From the IMG/VR virus record IMGVR_UViG_3300045988_000050: a DNA stretch of 5,822 nucleotides; one strand, written 5' to 3'. Of the stretch, positions 4,955 through 5,822 are shown one piece after another. The position numbers and the translations under genes were made by a program. How positions within the stretch are numbered: the first letter of the stretch is position 1; every line of letters begins with the position of its first letter. Source of the DNA: a virus. Below the pieces are notes generated by a model that did no database searches, was not told the DNA's origin, and worked only from the letters and a program-made list of their open reading frames with translations.

Positions 4955-5822
4955 ATGAGTGATTTTAATCCTTTAGATCGAGCGTCAATTCCTACTCATC
5001 GCTCTTCCTATGATTTGTCCAGTAAGAAATTGTTTACTGCTAAAGTAGGTGAAATTTTGCCTTGTTATTGGCAGATTGGTATCCCTGGCAATACCTATCG
5101 TATTTCTGCGGATTGGTTTACACGTACTGTTCCTGTTAATACGGCTGCTTATACTCGCATCAAAGAGTATTATGATTTCTTTGCTGTGCCGTTACGCTTG
5201 ATCTCTCGTGCGCTTCCACAGGCGTTTACCCAAATGACGGATTACATGACTTCTGCCTCTAGTTCTACTACTAATACCGAAAGTCTAGGTTCTGTTCCTT
5301 TTGTTAGTTTGCAATCTATATCTAATTCTTTAACTTTAGCTCAACTTGCAGGCACTCTCGATGATGTTGGTTTACCTTTTGTTTACGGCTCCTGCAAGAT
5401 TCTTGACCTATTAGGTTATGGTTCTTTTATTGATTCTGCTAGTAAAGCAAAGCCTGCTATTTCTAAGGCTTATTTAAGTTTTGAACCTACTGCTGATGAT
5501 AAGAATCCTTTGGTCTTTAGAGTTTCACAGATGGTCAATCTTCTCCCTTTACTTGCTTACCAGAAAGTTTACTTTGATATCTTTAGCAATCCTCAATGGG
5601 AAAAACATTTGGCTTACTCTTACAATGTAGATTATTGGGACGGTAAAAGTCAACTTACATTATCTCCGGATATGTTTAAATTGCGTTATGCGAATTATCC
5701 GAAAGACTATTTTATGGGTATGCTTCCTAATAGTCAGTATGGTTCGGTAGCTGTTTTGCCTAGTCTTATTCCTTCATCTTCTCCTTCTGCTGTTTATGCT
5801 TCTTCTACTCGCAATTTCTCTG
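4955..5822 (+). CDS. VP1: Major capsid protein VP1 (F-like jelly-roll), 5' portion; continues across the circular junction into 1..927
   Basis: ATG at 4955. Hand translation finds no stop through the window end, which is probably why the ORF track omits it. The N-terminus MSDFNPLDRASIPTHRSSYDLSSKKLFTAKVGEILPCYWQIGIPGNTYRISADWFTRTVP...YYDFFAVPLRLI follows the conserved Microviridae VP1/F pattern (RSxF/YDLS..K.TF.AG.L.P...PGD......FFVPxRL). Later segments YQKVYFDIFSNPQWE and YPKDYFMGMLPNSQYG are also typical capsid motifs. Position 5768 (equivalent to position 1) is in frame with 4955. Confidence 0.93.
   Translation, partial: MSDFNPLDRASIPTHRSSYDLSSKKLFTAKVGEILPCYWQIGIPGNTYRISADWFTRTVPVNTAAYTRIKEYYDFFAVPLRLISRALPQAFTQMTDYMTSASSSTTNTESLGSVPFVSLQSISNSLTLAQLAGTLDDVGLPFVYGSCKILDLLGYGSFIDSASKAKPAISKAYLSFEPTADDKNPLVFRVSQMVNLLPLLAYQKVYFDIFSNPQWEKHLAYSYNVDYWDGKSQLTLSPDMFKLRYANYPKDYFMGMLPNSQYGSVAVLPSLIPSSSPSAVYASSTRNFS
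5768..5822. repeat. Terminal direct repeat, copy 2 (circular-genome assembly overlap)
   Basis: Exact copy of 1-55. This implies a 5767-nt circular unit. Confidence 0.97.

Noticed and set aside
5571-5588. tacTTTGATATCtttag in the capsid gene, resembling the phiX ori core CTTGATAT
   Set aside because: Only a 7-mer matches, which is expected by chance at roughly 0.3-0.4 occurrences per strand in 5.8 kb, and there is no supporting context.

Overview
The window is a complete, circularly permuted ssDNA Microviridae genome. It is not phiX-like (Bullavirinae) and looks Alpavirinae/Gokushovirinae-like, probably with a Bacteroidota host. Bases 1-55 recur exactly at 5768-5822, so the unit circle is 5767 nt. 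The major capsid gene starts at 4955, runs off the window end and finishes at 927. All supportable genes are on the + strand, in this order: VP1 major capsid (579 aa across the junction); a 146-aa acidic protein (possible scaffold); VP2 pilot/minor capsid protein (380 aa, start overlapping the previous stop as TAATG); one 415-nt intergenic region; a 64-aa ORF; a 27-aa membrane peptide overlapping that ORF's stop; and VP4 rolling-circle Rep (559 aa from ATG 3258, with CxxCxxC, FVTLTY, HYH and YVASYV motifs). Three things stand out. (1) The only large non-coding region contains a roughly 280-nt island of about 54% GC, packed with perfect hairpins, in a genome that is about 36% GC and T-rich. It is followed by a textbook Bacteroidota promoter (TTTG-N19-TAnnTTTG). 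(2) There is a tiny membrane-peptide gene upstream of rep, in a virus group with no known lysis gene. (3) The catalytic core of rep is a GC-enriched segment that coincides exactly with a 175-codon +1-frame ORF and contains an A9 tract. No tRNA, rRNA, CRISPR array, integrase or IS element is visible. All protein calls rest on motif recognition by eye, with no database search.
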